Of a stretch of 64,000 nt of DNA, positions 24,205-36,766 are shown one piece after another; position 1 is the first letter of the stretch, and the number at the start of each line of letters is the position of its first letter. The notes under the pieces were generated by a model that saw only the letters and a program-made list of their open reading frames with translations, did not search any database and was not told the origin of the DNA. Both the position numbers and the translations under genes were made by a program. Source of the DNA: Entomortierella parvispora E1425 (Eukaryota; Fungi; Mortierellomycota). The stretch covers positions 1,736,001-1,800,000 of the forward strand of contig BQFW01000004.1 in NCBI GenBank assembly GCA_020891255.1, read 5' to 3'.

Positions 24205-24377
24205 GGTGACAAAACTCAATTTAAAAAAAAAAAAAATGTGACTGCTGAAACCAAACTCAACTGGCGTGTGGCCTGGTCCGGGATGCATGCAGCGTCAATC
24301 AAAGGAAGATCGAGCGCATCTTGCTGCATCTGCAAAAGACCTTCTTCATCTTTCCTCGGACCCTCGTATTCTCCGAC

Positions 24378-26755
24378 ATGATCTTGCAGCGCACCGGAAG
24401 CAAGGTGGCCGCTGTGGCTCCATCGCGGCTACTTAAAAAGACCCTCATTCCCGCGCTTGCATGTGCATCCTCTCGGGCAGCGCGTTTCCACTCATCTTCT
24501 CAGGAACAAACCTCTGCCGTTGGTGCCAGCCTTTCCGACAACACGGACGCGCCACTTCCTCAGGGTGCTGAACTGGCCATGCCAATTAAGGATAACCAGG
24601 CCTCATTTGAGGTGCAGAAAAAGAGACTGTTGACGTCCATGGACATGTTGTATCAGGTCCAGGATGCGCCTTCTGAAAAAATTGACACGACACTTCTGGA
24701 TGATCAAGAAGCACAGTACTGGTCCCGACGCATGGATGCAGCTATGGAGGATTTGCAGAAGGAAAGCACTTTGTTGCGGGTCGCCATTGTCGGAGAGTCA
24801 AGTGGTCAGCATTCAATTATGGATGTCCTCATGCCTAGCGAGGAAAACCGTCGTCGGTCTGCCAAGGAGACAGGAAAGGTGCATCGGGTTCGTTATGGAT
24901 CCGAGTACAAGCTTCTGGAAGATGGTCAAGAGAACATTGAGAAAGCACCTATCAGTTGGCTGGAGGGATTGTCCGCCAATGACGGTGGCGAAATTGTGGA
25001 GGTTCCTGGTAAGCATGTCTTTGATTATAGTGCCATGTATTACCGCGTAGGCTGCTTTTGACATTGACCTCATTCACTTTCGGCCATAGGTTTGGATTTG
25101 GACGACTTGGCCATGGACGACATTGTGTACAACAGCGACCTTATCATTTTGAGAACCGACGCGCAACGGCAACTTTCCTTAGAGCGGGAGCAACGCTTTT
25201 TAAACCGATACCGCCACAAATCCAACATTGTTATTGTTGCAGACATGGACACCGAGGCCTCTGAATCCCTGACACTTTCCAGTCTGAAAGCTAATTTGAG
25301 TCATGCTGTCAAGGGCTCGGTACGAGGCTATAGCAACATTCAAAATGACGAGGAGTCGGCCATTGGAAAGGTGCTTCGAATCTCGAACCCAGAACCTCTC
25401 CCTGCCATTCTCACAGTGACACCCCGATCCCTGTCCGAGACTCGCTATTTGAGCACAGTTGGAGCGTTGCAAAAGTTGGTCTCTTGGACGCTTTTGTCTC
25501 AGGGCTCTCAGGACCAGCACAGGCGATCGGCACTTCTGACTCGATGCAGAGATCTCATGGCTTCCGGTATTGAAAACATGGAGGCGCGTCTGAGTGGACG
25601 ACTAGAAACCTTTGCATTGGTGGATCGACTTTCTGAATTGGCCACTGAAGAGATCAAGCGGGTGGAGTCTCTGGAACAGGAAAGGATGTTGAGCCAAGTG
25701 ACGGATGGCGAGATTGACAAGGATATCCGTGGCATGAGGAGAGTCCTGGATCACTTTTTCAAGTCTGAGATTCCCTTCTGGATGCTCTTTGCTCGTAGTG
25801 GTGAAATCGCCGAGCGAATGCACGAACAGTGGACTGCGGGGGCTTTTGCTGAGACTGAGCATCGGGTAAGTAACGGGTTCAGTGAAAAAGGCTGCTCAAC
25901 CTCCACCTTGGCTCTGAAGTTAATTTTATTTCTTGTGGGGGGAATGGCGATTTTCTCCGAACTAGATGGCGTACGCATTGGGCCGTTTGCACCAGAGTTC
26001 CCAGGAGGCCTTCCGCACGACACTTAAGGCCGTTGAGGATCTGACTGCCCAGCTTGAGGCGACCAAACCCATTGGTAGCAGTGCGGTGCTCCAAGATCTG
26101 GCACATGCACGTCAGTTGTTGACAGCGGCTGAGCAAGACACACAAAAGGAAATCAAGGACAAGGACGCATTTGTGGTCAGCAACGTTGTGTGGAAACATC
26201 GAACGGCGTATGGTCATGTGGATCGGTCCTTGGAGGTCGGAAGACCCGGTGCACTGGAGCGTCTTCAACGGAGGGGTCAGGTCACGTTAGCACAGGGCTT
26301 GGGCATTGAGGGCACGGCACTCTTTACTGGACTGGGACTGGCTCAACAATATCCACCAGAGATCTACTTGACCAGCGGAACTTTGTTGGCGCTGGCTGGA
26401 TTGGGTTACATGCAGGTCCGGTGGAAGGCGGCCGAGAATGAGTTCAAGGCCGAGGCGGATGCTTTGGCGGAGCAATTGAAGCAGGATATTATGGTAGGTT
26501 TCCGTTGTTCATCCATGTTTTAACTCTGATCGATCGATACTCATTTTTTTCTCTCTCTTGCTTTTTGCCTCTTTATCTCTTCCTTAGAACACATACCAAG
26601 ATCAGGTTCACAAGACCATTGTAAAGCCCCTGTCCAATGTAGTACAGGTTTTGGATAAGAACTTAAGTGACCGCCTTTTCCGCTCTTTGGAACAGCGCAA
26701 GGTCCTCAAGGGTATCAAACAAGATGCGCAGGGCGAAGATGAGATCAAATACTAG
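24378..26755 (+). CDS. Mitochondrial dynamin-superfamily-like pseudo-GTPase, Mmc1-like; 4 exons
   Basis: Arg/Ser/Ala-rich presequence; degenerate G domain (LRVAIVGESSGQHS...RVRYG...WLE...EIVEVP); long helical region; two closely spaced hydrophobic segments (GIEGTALFTGLGLA / TSGTLLALAGLGYMQ.RW); C-terminal helix; stop TAG 26753-26755. Confidence 0.6.
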
Positions 26756-28173
26756 ATAGAGACTAGAAAGAAGCAATTAAATATTAAAAATATATAAACT
26801 GAGAGCTACGGAGGGAGAGTGTATGAGTGTGGGTTATGTGTGCGTAGAGTGCGCGAAACATGATTTGGTATCAGTTTGAAATCGATGTTGGGCGTTGCAA
26901 AGATAATAAGAAAAAGAAAAGAAAGTTATACCTCTCTCCCACTTGATCAGTTCGCTGCACTTTCATCTTGCTCCACAAAGAACCTCGGAGGAAAGGAGGC
27001 GTGGCTTTTTTTTTTTGACGATGAGAACAGTTCATGATCAACAGGGAAGAGGGGGACGAGCGGCCAATTGCGGATTCTTTCATGCAAGGGTGGTCCCTTT
27101 TTCGTACGGGATGAGGTGACATCCCGAGTCTGGACGGTCAAACGGTTTTCCGTGCTGTGGCAACAAGAAACGTGTGCATGGGCTGAGACGAGTGCTTTTT
27201 TGTTTGCTTTCCCACCCTTTTTCTTCCCCATGATTTTTTTTTCCTCCCTTTTTCTCTCTCTATTGAGGGCAAGGGCAATAAAGGAGAAGTGAAGAGAAAA
27301 GGCCAAATGGACAATTCCGGGCGAGGGTTGTGGAGGGGGAGAATCATTCCGTAAACCATGTCTCCCACTTTTGTTGGCTTTCTTTTTGATTTGGTTTCTT
27401 GTGCCTTGTGTTCGAGGGGGGTTGCGGAAAAGTGGAGCGAATCGACGAGGTCTATTACGTTTGGTGCGACCATTCAAAGACACTTAGACTCCATCCTCGA
27501 AATCAGTTTTCGTCCGTCGGTCGCCGCGCTTATCTTGGCAGTCACGATGGACCCAATGACCATTTTGCAGGAAAAGAAAGGAAGGGTGCGTCTCTGTCTC
27601 TCCCCGCAATTGCTGCAGTGCTTGCTTGCATGGTAGCCTAGTCTTGTTTTTTTTTTTTGCTGAGCAGATGGGAGAGGTGCTTTGTTTATACTGTTGTTTG
27701 CTCTGATTCTTTTTGTTTGTGTGAAAGTAACGACGCGTGGAGAGGAGGAGGGTGCGAGAGATAATAAAAAAATCAGTGAAACTGCGTGACTGACAGGCAG
27801 CTGCAGCCGATAGAAGCCGAGGGAGAATCATACGAAAGAGACAGAGCTCATAATAAATTTCCATAAGGACAGGCTCTCCATTCGGGTCTTGTTCGCGACT
27901 GGCGCATCGCTCTCCCTCGCTGCGAAGGGCCAGCAGCAGACAAGGACCGAAGGAACAAAGGAAGCAAGGTTGCTCATCATATGAACGAACCAGCCGGAAA
28001 GTTTAAATCCTCGCGAGTCAGTCACCAAGAGACTGACAGACAGCCACACACGAACAAATCCGGCTGTGGATCTCTTTTTCGGTCTCACCGCCCAGAGATC
28101 TGCTCCCGTCGCCCCGTGCTATCCCCATGCAGAGAACACACAAGGCGCAGATATCTGATTTGTTCAGCATCTC

Positions 28174-28200
28174 CTCCCTGTCCTCCCTGTCCTCCCTGTC
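28174..28200. repeat. Tandem repeat (CTCCCTGTC)x3 in the GLT1 upstream region
   Basis: Three exact 9-nt copies at 28174, 28183 and 28192. Confidence 0.9.
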
Positions 28201-28360
28201 CCCCCTCCTCCGTTCTCGGCCTCGTCCTTCCTTAAATCGACCGAGTGGCCCACTCGCTGGCTGGATGGCTGGCTGGCGCACAGGAGAGATAATCGCCCCC
28301 GCATGCTCTTCCTCGTCCGCCCTCTGCCTCGCATGCGCTGTTCCTCACTCCTCCGGAAAC

Positions 28361-28368
28361 TATTTAAA
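28361..28368 (+). promoter_or_regulatory. TATA-like element (TATTTAAA) of GLT1
   Basis: Lies at the start of a roughly 380-nt CT-rich, ATG-free leader before ATG 28745. Confidence 0.45.
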
Positions 28369-28744
28369 CCTCCCACTTCCCCCGGACATTGTCTCGGTCT
28401 TTTTCTCTCCTACTTTCACTCTTCCTTGTTCTCTCCTCCTGCTCTCCTTTCCCCACTCACGCACCTTTTTGCCTTCTTGCTTTTTGTATATCTTCGCCTG
28501 TACATCCTCCATCCTCAGCTTCAACTCCCAACTCACCTTCCTATCCTTTGACCAATAATCCAAAAGAGTCTGCTCACCTCTTTTTCTTTATACTCCCATC
28601 GGATATCCTCTTGACCACCTTCACCTTCTCTCTCTTCTGTCGTTTATCGAGAACTGTCTTATTACATCCATCTCCACATACCTTGTACGATTGTTTTTTT
28701 ACCCTTATATTTTTACACCTGTAACAACGACCCTTCAACTCAAA

Positions 28745-31700
28745 ATGGAAGCCTTCATGAAAAGCAACAACGTTGATACCAACGCCTCCTGGGCCGGCGC
28801 TCTCCCTGTTGCCCAGGGTCTTTACAACCCCGAAAACGAGAAAGATTCTTGCGGTGTCGGCTTTATCGCCAACATCAAGGGAGAATACTCCCACCGCATC
28901 CTCAAGGATGCCTCCAACATCCTATGCAACATGGTACGTGAAAAAAAAAGTCAAGAGATCATCCCTCCCTCCCTCCCTCCTTCCCGAGCTCACCCTTTCA
29001 GCGGTTGGACCCTTTCCATTTCGATGCATGATGTTGATCCACTTTGATCTCCACAAACGGGAATATCGCTGTCTTCAAAGTGGAGAGATGTTCAGCTGTT
29101 GTTATATAGAGCATTCCCAAGACACATGATTTTCGTCCGATCTACTGCTTTTTTTTGTGCTGCGTCACTCACTAGTTTATTCCCTTGTTTTTTATCCGAT
29201 TGGTTTTGTACTCTTGCATTAGACTCATCGTGGTGCTACTAGCGCCGATCCACGCGACGGTGATGGTGCAGGAGTGATGACAGGCATGCCTCACAGCTTC
29301 ATGAAGGAAGAGGCAGCTCGTCTGAACATTGTCCTCCCTGCTCAGGGAGAGTACGCTGTCGGAAACGTGTTCCTCCGACCCGACGAGCCCCATGTGCACG
29401 AACAAAAGTCGACCTTTGAATCGATCGCTCAACAGACCGGACTCAAGGTGCTCGGATGGCGTGTGGTCCCTGTTGACAACTCGATCTTGGGACCCTCTGC
29501 CAAATCAAAGGAGCCCTCGATCCAACAACCCTTTGTGATCTTGGACCCTGCCGTGCACAAGACTTTTGACAACAAGTTGTTCAACCGTCAGCTCTACTTG
29601 TTGAGAAAGCAGGCAACGCACGCGATCACGCTCAAGAACTGGTTCTACATTTGCTCATTGTCCAACCAGAACATTGTCTACAAGGGTCAGCTCTCACCCG
29701 TGCAGGTGTATGATTTCTTCTACGATATGCAGAACCACAAGTACGAGACTCACTTTGCTTTGGTGCACTCACGTTTCTCGACCAACACCTTCCCCTCCTG
29801 GGATCGTGCTCAGCCCATGCGGTGGGCCGCTCACAACGGTAAGTTGGAACATGTTATCGCGATTTCGTTGTTTGTTTGTGGAGGGAGAGTTGGTGATCAA
29901 TCCGCGATTATCTCCTGTGAGTAATCGCAGGTCCAGCTGTGGCTCTCGATTTGGGTCACTTGCCATGCGAGGCGTTGCTCTGTCTCATTGACAAGAGAAA
30001 TCCGAGACCCTTCTGGCGAAGGATACCCTTTTGTTTCTTCCTCTCCCAGGCTCGCAGCCGATGCACAATCAAAGCTTTATCTCTGTTCTTTCCCCTCTCC
30101 CCTTTCCCCTTTCTTCTGTTCCTTGCCCTTGCACCAAAAAGAGTCAAATGGCAAGGTGTGTGCCACACACGACTGAATAAGGTTCAATTCAAAATAATTC
30201 TCCTTGTCTGTCCACCGCGTGCATGCAGCCTATCAGCGCACTGCATCTTATCTCTGCTGGCCACCGAGCGTGCGGTTTCATTCATTCGCCCTTCCCATGT
30301 GACACTGTTCTCCACTCTGGCCTATGATATCACCCTGCGCCACCCTACGTTCCCTGGTCGGAACCTTGTTTCCGACCAACTTTCCTGCAAAGGGCGAATT
30401 ATCATTGGACTCATTATCATTCCGGATCTGCCCTACTTTTCTCGACTTGTCCCTGCGTGACTTCCTTGCTCACATTCTCTCTATCCCTTTTCTTTCTAGG
30501 TGAGATCAACACCCTCCGTGGAAACAAGAACTGGATGCGCGCCCGTGAGGGTGTCATGTCCTCTGACTACTTTGGCTCGGATCTCCAGAAGCTCTTCCCC
30601 ATTATCGAGGAGGGTGGCTCGGACTCCTCTGCCTTTGATAACGTTCTCGAGCTCTTGGTCGTCAACGGCGTCTTGTCTTTGCCTGAGGCAATCATGATGA
30701 TGCTTCCTGAGGCTTGGCAATCTAACGGCAACATGGAGCCTGAGAAGAAGGCTTGGTACGAGTGGGCTGCCTGTTTGATGGAGGCCTACGATGGTCCTGG
30801 TAAGTTGTTTATTCTGTGCTGAAAAGTATATGAATACAAGTAACTGAGGCGCGATCTAACTCGTTTTTTTTTAAATCTCTAGCCTTGATGACCTTCTCCG
30901 ATGGTCGCTTCTGCGGTGCTTCTTTGGACAGAAACGGTCTTCGTCCTTGCCGTTACTACAAGACCACTGACGGTCTCATGATCTGCGCCTCTGAGGTTGG
31001 AACCATGAACATTGCCCCTGAGCGTATTCTTGAGAAGGGCCGCCTTCAGCCCGGAAAGATGCTTTTGGTCGACACTGTTGAGGGTCGTGTCGTCGACGAT
31101 CGCGAGCTCAAGCTCTCAATCGCTGCCCGCCAAAACTTCCGCCAGTGGGTCGATGAGCAGATGCTCTCTATGGAGACTGCTGTTGCCAACGCCCCCAAGT
31201 TTGACATGGTCGCTTCCATTGACGATGTCAGCTTGACCCACGACCCCCGTCTGCTTGCCTTCAAGTTGACCATTGAGCAGTTGAACTTGTTGCTTATGCC
31301 CATGACTGAAGGAAAGGAGGCCCTGGGATCCATGGGTAACGATGCTCCTTTGGCTTGTCTCTCATCCGAGCCTCAGATCATGTTTGACTACTTCCGCCAG
31401 CTTTTCGCCCAGGTTACCAACCCTCCAATTGATCCTATCCGTGAGGAGATTGTCATGTCCTTGGAGTGCTATGTTGGACCCGAGGGTAACCTTTTGGAGA
31501 TGGACAAGAGCCAGTGCCACAAGCTCCGTCTCCCCACCCCTATTCTCAGCTTGGCCGAGATGGAGGCCATCAAGAACCTTGATATCACCCGTGCTGACTG
31601 GACCACGCGCGTCATCGACATCACCTTCCCCAAGTCTGAGGGACCCGCTGGATATGTTCCTTGCCTTGAGCGTGTTTGCGCTGAGGTTACGAAGGCTATC

Positions 31701-34700
31701 CAGGATGGTGTCAAGATTGTGGTGCTCTCTGACCGCGGCACTTCGGTCGATCGCATTGCTATCTCGTCCTTGATTGCTACTGGTGGTGTTCACCACTATC
31801 TCGTCAAGGAGAAGAAGCGATCCCGCGTTGCTATCGCCGTCGAGACCGCCGAGGCTCGTGAAGTTCACCATGCCTGTGTCCTTCTCGGATATGGTGCTGA
31901 TATGAGTAAGTTTGCCTGCCCCTGTTATCATTTCCTAAAGTGTTGAGTGCGTGCCAAACGTAAAAAAAAGCATGACAATTTCTAACAAGAAAACTTTATT
32001 GTGTATAGTCTGCCCTTACCTCGCCCAGGAGGCCATTCTTAAGCTTCACCGCGAGAACTCTCTTCGTGCCGAAGGTGGTCCCGAGAAGTTGATCAAGAAC
32101 TACATCAAGGCTACCAGCAACGGAATCTTGAAGGTCATGTCCAAGATGGGTATCTCGACCCTTCAGTCCTACAAGGGTGCTCAGATCTTTGAAGCCTTGG
32201 GATTGGATGAGCCAGTCATCTCGCGTTCCTTTGCCGGCACTGCCTCCAGAATCAAGGGTGTTGGCTTTGACATGATCGCTTTGGATGCCTTTGCGCTCCA
32301 CGAGCGTGCCTGGCCCACGCGCGAGACCGTCGCTGTCGATGGCATTCCCGAGTCTGGTGATTACCACTGGCGCAACGGCGCCATTCCTCACATCAACGAC
32401 CCCGATGGTATTGCCAACCTCCAGGATGCTGTCCGTCGCAAGAACGATAACGCCTACGAGGCCTACTCGCGTAACGCTTTTGAGCAGATCAAGAGCTGCA
32501 CGCTCCGTGGTATGCTCGAGTTTGACTTCTCCAAGGGCAAGTCAATCCCTGTGGACGAGGTCGAGCCCTGGACCGAGATTTGCAAGCGTTTCTGCACTGG
32601 CGCTATGAGTTACGGCTCCATTTCAATGGAGGCCCACTCTACTCTCTCAGTTGCCATGAACCGTATCGGAGGCAAGTCTAACTCTGGTGAGGGTGGTGAG
32701 GATCCTTCCCGCTCCGTCCCCAAAGACAACGGCGACTCTCTCCGCTCCGCCATCAAGCAGATTGCCTCGGGTCGTTTCGGTGTCACTTCCTACTACCTTT
32801 CCGATGCTGAGGAGATTCAGATCAAGATGGCCCAGGGAGCCAAGCCCGGTGAGGGCGGTGAATTGCCGTAAGTTTTCTTGTTCTTTGTACTCTCGACATA
32901 TGAAACTCCCGACATTGCCCGATCTGAAATCCTTGGTATTAACGTTTTTCTTTTCATTGATATTTCATGCATAGTGGCCACAAGGTTTCTGACGAGATCG
33001 GCAAGACGCGTCACTCGACCCCTGGAGTTGGTCTCATCTCGCCTCCTCCTCACCACGACATCTACTCGATTGAGGATTTGAAGCAGTTGATTTACGACGC
33101 CAAGGCTGCTAACCCTCGCGCCAGAATCTCTGTCAAGTTGGTGTCTGAGGTCGGTGTCGGTGTCATTGCCAGTGGTGTCGCCAAGGCCAAGGCCGATCAT
33201 ATCTTGATCTCTGGTCACGATGGTGGTACCGGTGCTTCTCGTTGGACTGGTATCAAGTATGCTGGTCTCCCATGGGAGCTCGGCCTCGCTGAGTCTCACC
33301 AGACTTTGGTCTTGAACGATCTCCGCGGACGTGTTGTTGTCCAGACCGATGGTCAGATCCGTACCGGTCGTGATGTTGCCATTGCCTGCTTGCTCGGAGC
33401 TGAGGAGTGGGGTTTCGCCACCACGCCCTTGATCGCCATGGGATGCACCATGATGCGCAAGTGCCACTTGAACACCTGCCCTGTTGGTATCGCCACCCAG
33501 GATCCTCTTCTTCGTGAGAAGTTTGCTGGTTCGCCCGAGCACGTCATCAACTTTTTCTACTATGTTGCCGAGGAGTTGCGTACAATCATGGCCAAGCTTG
33601 GATTCCGCACCATTAACGAGATGGTTGGTCGCACCGATGTCCTCATGGTCGATGAGACCCGCCGTAACGCCAAGACTGCCAACATTGACTTGGCCCCTAT
33701 CTTGACCCCTGCTTTCACCCTTCGCCCCGGTGCAGCCACCTTCAAAGTCCGCAAGCAGGAGCACATGCACCACACTCGTCTCGACAACAAGTTCATCAGC
33801 GAGGCTCAGGATGCCCTCAACACTGGAAAGCGTGTTGAGCTGGAGGCCAAGGTCGTCAACACTGACCGTGCGCTCGGTACCACTGTCTCTTACCATGTCA
33901 GCAGCAAGTACGGCGAGAGCGGTCTCCCCGATGATACCATTCATATCAACTTGAAGGGATCAGCTGGTCAGTCGCTTGGTGCCTGGTTGGCCTCGGGTGT
34001 GACCATTGAACTCGAGGGAGACTCTAACGATTACGTCGGAAAGGGTCTTTCCGGTGGTCGCTTGATCGTCTACCCTCCCAAGGTCTCGTCCTTCAAGAGC
34101 GAGGAAAACGTCATTATCGGAAACACTTGCTTGTACGGTGCTACCAGCGGTAAGGCGTTCTTCAGCGGTATTGCTGCTGAGCGTTTCGCTGTCCGTAACT
34201 CGGGTGCCTTGGCCGTTGTTGAGGGTACTGGTGATCACGGATGCGAGTACATGACTGGTGGTCGTGTTATCGTCTTGGGCTCGACTGGACGCAACTTTGC
34301 CGCCGGTATGTCGGGTGGTATCGCCTACGTTTTGGATCTCAAGGGTGACTTCAAGTCCAAGGTCAACATGGAGATGGTCGAGTTCGAGACTGTCAACGAG
34401 CATGAAGAGATTGCCTGGCTCAAGGATACCTTGGAGGACCATCGTCATTACACTGGCTCTGCCATTGCTGACCGCGTTCTCAAGAACTTGGGCGAGTACT
34501 TGCCCAAGATTGTCAAGGTCATGCCTACTGACTACAAGAAGGTCTTGGATGCTCAGCGTGCTGCCAAGCTTGCTGCCGCTACTCAGCGTTCGGAGGTCGT
34601 CACCCCTGTCTTGAGCGCCTCGCCTTTGGCTGCCAAGGCCAAGACCAACGAGCCCGCTTTAGTTGATTTGGAGGATGCCATGGTTGACTCCGAGACCTAC

Positions 34701-36257
34701 AAGAAGCGCAGCGAGATGGTGGACAAGGTCCGCGGTTTCATGAAGTACAAGCGCAGAGGTGATGCCTACCGTAACCCCAAGAAGCGCACCAAGGACTACA
34801 AGGAGATCTCTGCCCGTCTCTCGGATGGTGAGCTCCAGGTCCAGGCTGCCCGTTGCATGGACTGCGGTGTGCCATTCTGCCAGAGCAACACCACTGGATG
34901 CCCCATCGGAAACATCATCCCCAAGTGGAACGACCTTGTTTTCAAGAACCAGTGGGAGGAGGCCTTGAACCGTCTTTTGATGACCAACAACTTCCCCGAG
35001 TTCACTGGTCGCGTCTGCCCTGCTCCTTGTGAGGGCTCTTGCGTCCTCGGCATCAACGAGTTGCCCGTGGCCATCAAGTCGATCGAGTGCGCTATCATTG
35101 ACCGTGGATTCGAAATGGGCTGGATGAAGCCCAACCCCCCCGCTGTCCGCACTGGCAAGAAGGTGGCCATTATCGGATCGGGTCCCGCTGGTCTTGCTGC
35201 CGCTGACCAGTTGAACAAGGCTGGTCACTTGGTTACCGTCTACGATCGCAACGACCGCTTCGGAGGCTTGTTGATGTACGGTATTCCCAACATGAAGTTG
35301 GACAAGGGAATTGTTCAGCGTCGTATTGACTTGATGGCGGCCGAGGGCATCACCTTTGTCCCAAACACCCACGTCGGTGTCACCACCGATGTCAACGACA
35401 TCCGCAACAAGAACGATGCCTTGGTCCTGGCTACTGGTGCCACCTGGCCCCGCGACTTGCCAATTGCCAACCGCAACCTCGATGGTATTCACTTTGCCAT
35501 GGAGTTCTTGCAGCTCAACACTCAGTCCCTCTTGGACTCTGAATTGAACGACGGCAAGTACATCTCGGCCAAGGGTAAACACGTGGTGGTCATTGGAGGA
35601 GGTGATACCGGATGTGATTGCATTGCCACTTCTCTTCGCCATGGAGCTGCCTCAATCGTCAACTTTGAGTTGCTTCCTCAGCCCCCAGCTACCCGCGCCA
35701 AGGACAACCCATGGCCTCAGTTCCCCCGTGTCTTCAAGCAGGATTACGGTCACTCTGAGGTTCAGTCCCACTTTGGAAAAGATCCTCGTGAGTACTCTAT
35801 CGTCACCAAGGAGTTTGTCTCTGATGGCAACGGCAAGGTCAAGGGCTTGAACACCATCCGTGTTGAGTGGACCCAGGATGCCACTGGCCGCTGGTCGATG
35901 AAGGAGATGCCTGGCACGGAACAGTACTTCCAGGCAGACTTGGTCCTCTTGTCCATGGGTTTCATGGGACCTGAGGCCGACCTTTTGAAGTCTGTGGGTG
36001 TCAAGCTCGACGGACGGTCCAACATTGAGACCCCCAAGGGATCTTACCAGACCAGCGTCGGCAATGTCTTTGCTGCCGGTGATGCCCGTCGCGGTCAATC
36101 CTTGATCGTCTGGGGTATTAACGAGGGTCGTCAGTGCGCCCGCGAGGTGGACGAGTTCTTGGTTGGAAACACGCTCTTGCCCGTGACTGGTGGTCTTCAG
36201 CAGCGTTCTCTCAAGAAGATCACATTCGAGGCCCCTGCCGTTGTCGCGTCTGCATAG
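28745..36257 (+). CDS. GLT1: NADH-dependent glutamate synthase (GOGAT), fused alpha-beta fungal type; 6 exons
   Basis: Ntn Cys DSCGVGF; HRGA...DGDGAG; [17 protein letters not shown]; HNGEINT; FMN-domain [12 protein letters not shown] and [11 protein letters not shown]; [3Fe-4S] [13 protein letters not shown]; beta-subunit [21 protein letters not shown]; [11 protein letters not shown]; GGGDTGCD. Exons 28745-28933, 29223-29838, 30500-30799, 30883-31905, 32009-32867, 32975-36257. Confidence 0.98.
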
Positions 36258-36766
36258 GATGTTTTTTGTGATGCAACGGACCGACAACACCCGAACGGGG
36301 AGAGGTCAAGGCGAGAAAAGATAAGCGGAAGAACAAGGAAACTCAACCTACACCAAACAAAAAAAAATCAACAATAACAAAAACAAAGAGGACGCAGAGG
36401 ATCGACTTTATCCCCAAAAGAAAGGGGATTGAGCGCAAAGAGAGGTATCCCTTCCGACAAGGACCTCATCGACACCATTGAGCCGGAGTCCATGTGGACC
36501 TGAAGGCAGGGAGTTTTCCTTTCTTTCACCAATCCATACCCTTTATATACATATTTTTTTCAGTCGATCTTTCGGTACTCTCTCCTCATTTACCTGCTTC
36601 ATTGTATTATATCAGATCGCAAGCATTAATAGAAATTAAAATGAATTTGTACAAACATCCAAAGTCTCCTCTCTTTGACAAATGAAAGGATATCTATGCC
36701 TTGTCTGTTTTGCAGGTCGTGAAAAAGCAAGAGTTCAATGTTGTATCCTCATAGGACATGATTGAT

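Noticed and set aside
26871-28724. Numerous 70-180-aa ORFs in the region upstream of GLT1
   Set aside because: They are low-complexity K/R/F/L/S translations of purine and pyrimidine tracts typical of promoters in this window.
29839-30499. TPP riboswitch in a GLT1 intron
   Set aside because: The conserved CUGAGA and GAUAA..CCAGCG..AGG elements are absent.
31362-36290. Long antisense ORFs (189, 375, 162, 327 and 212 aa) opposite GLT1
   Set aside because: These are shadows of strong C/T third-position codon bias in a highly expressed gene. They carry no motifs.
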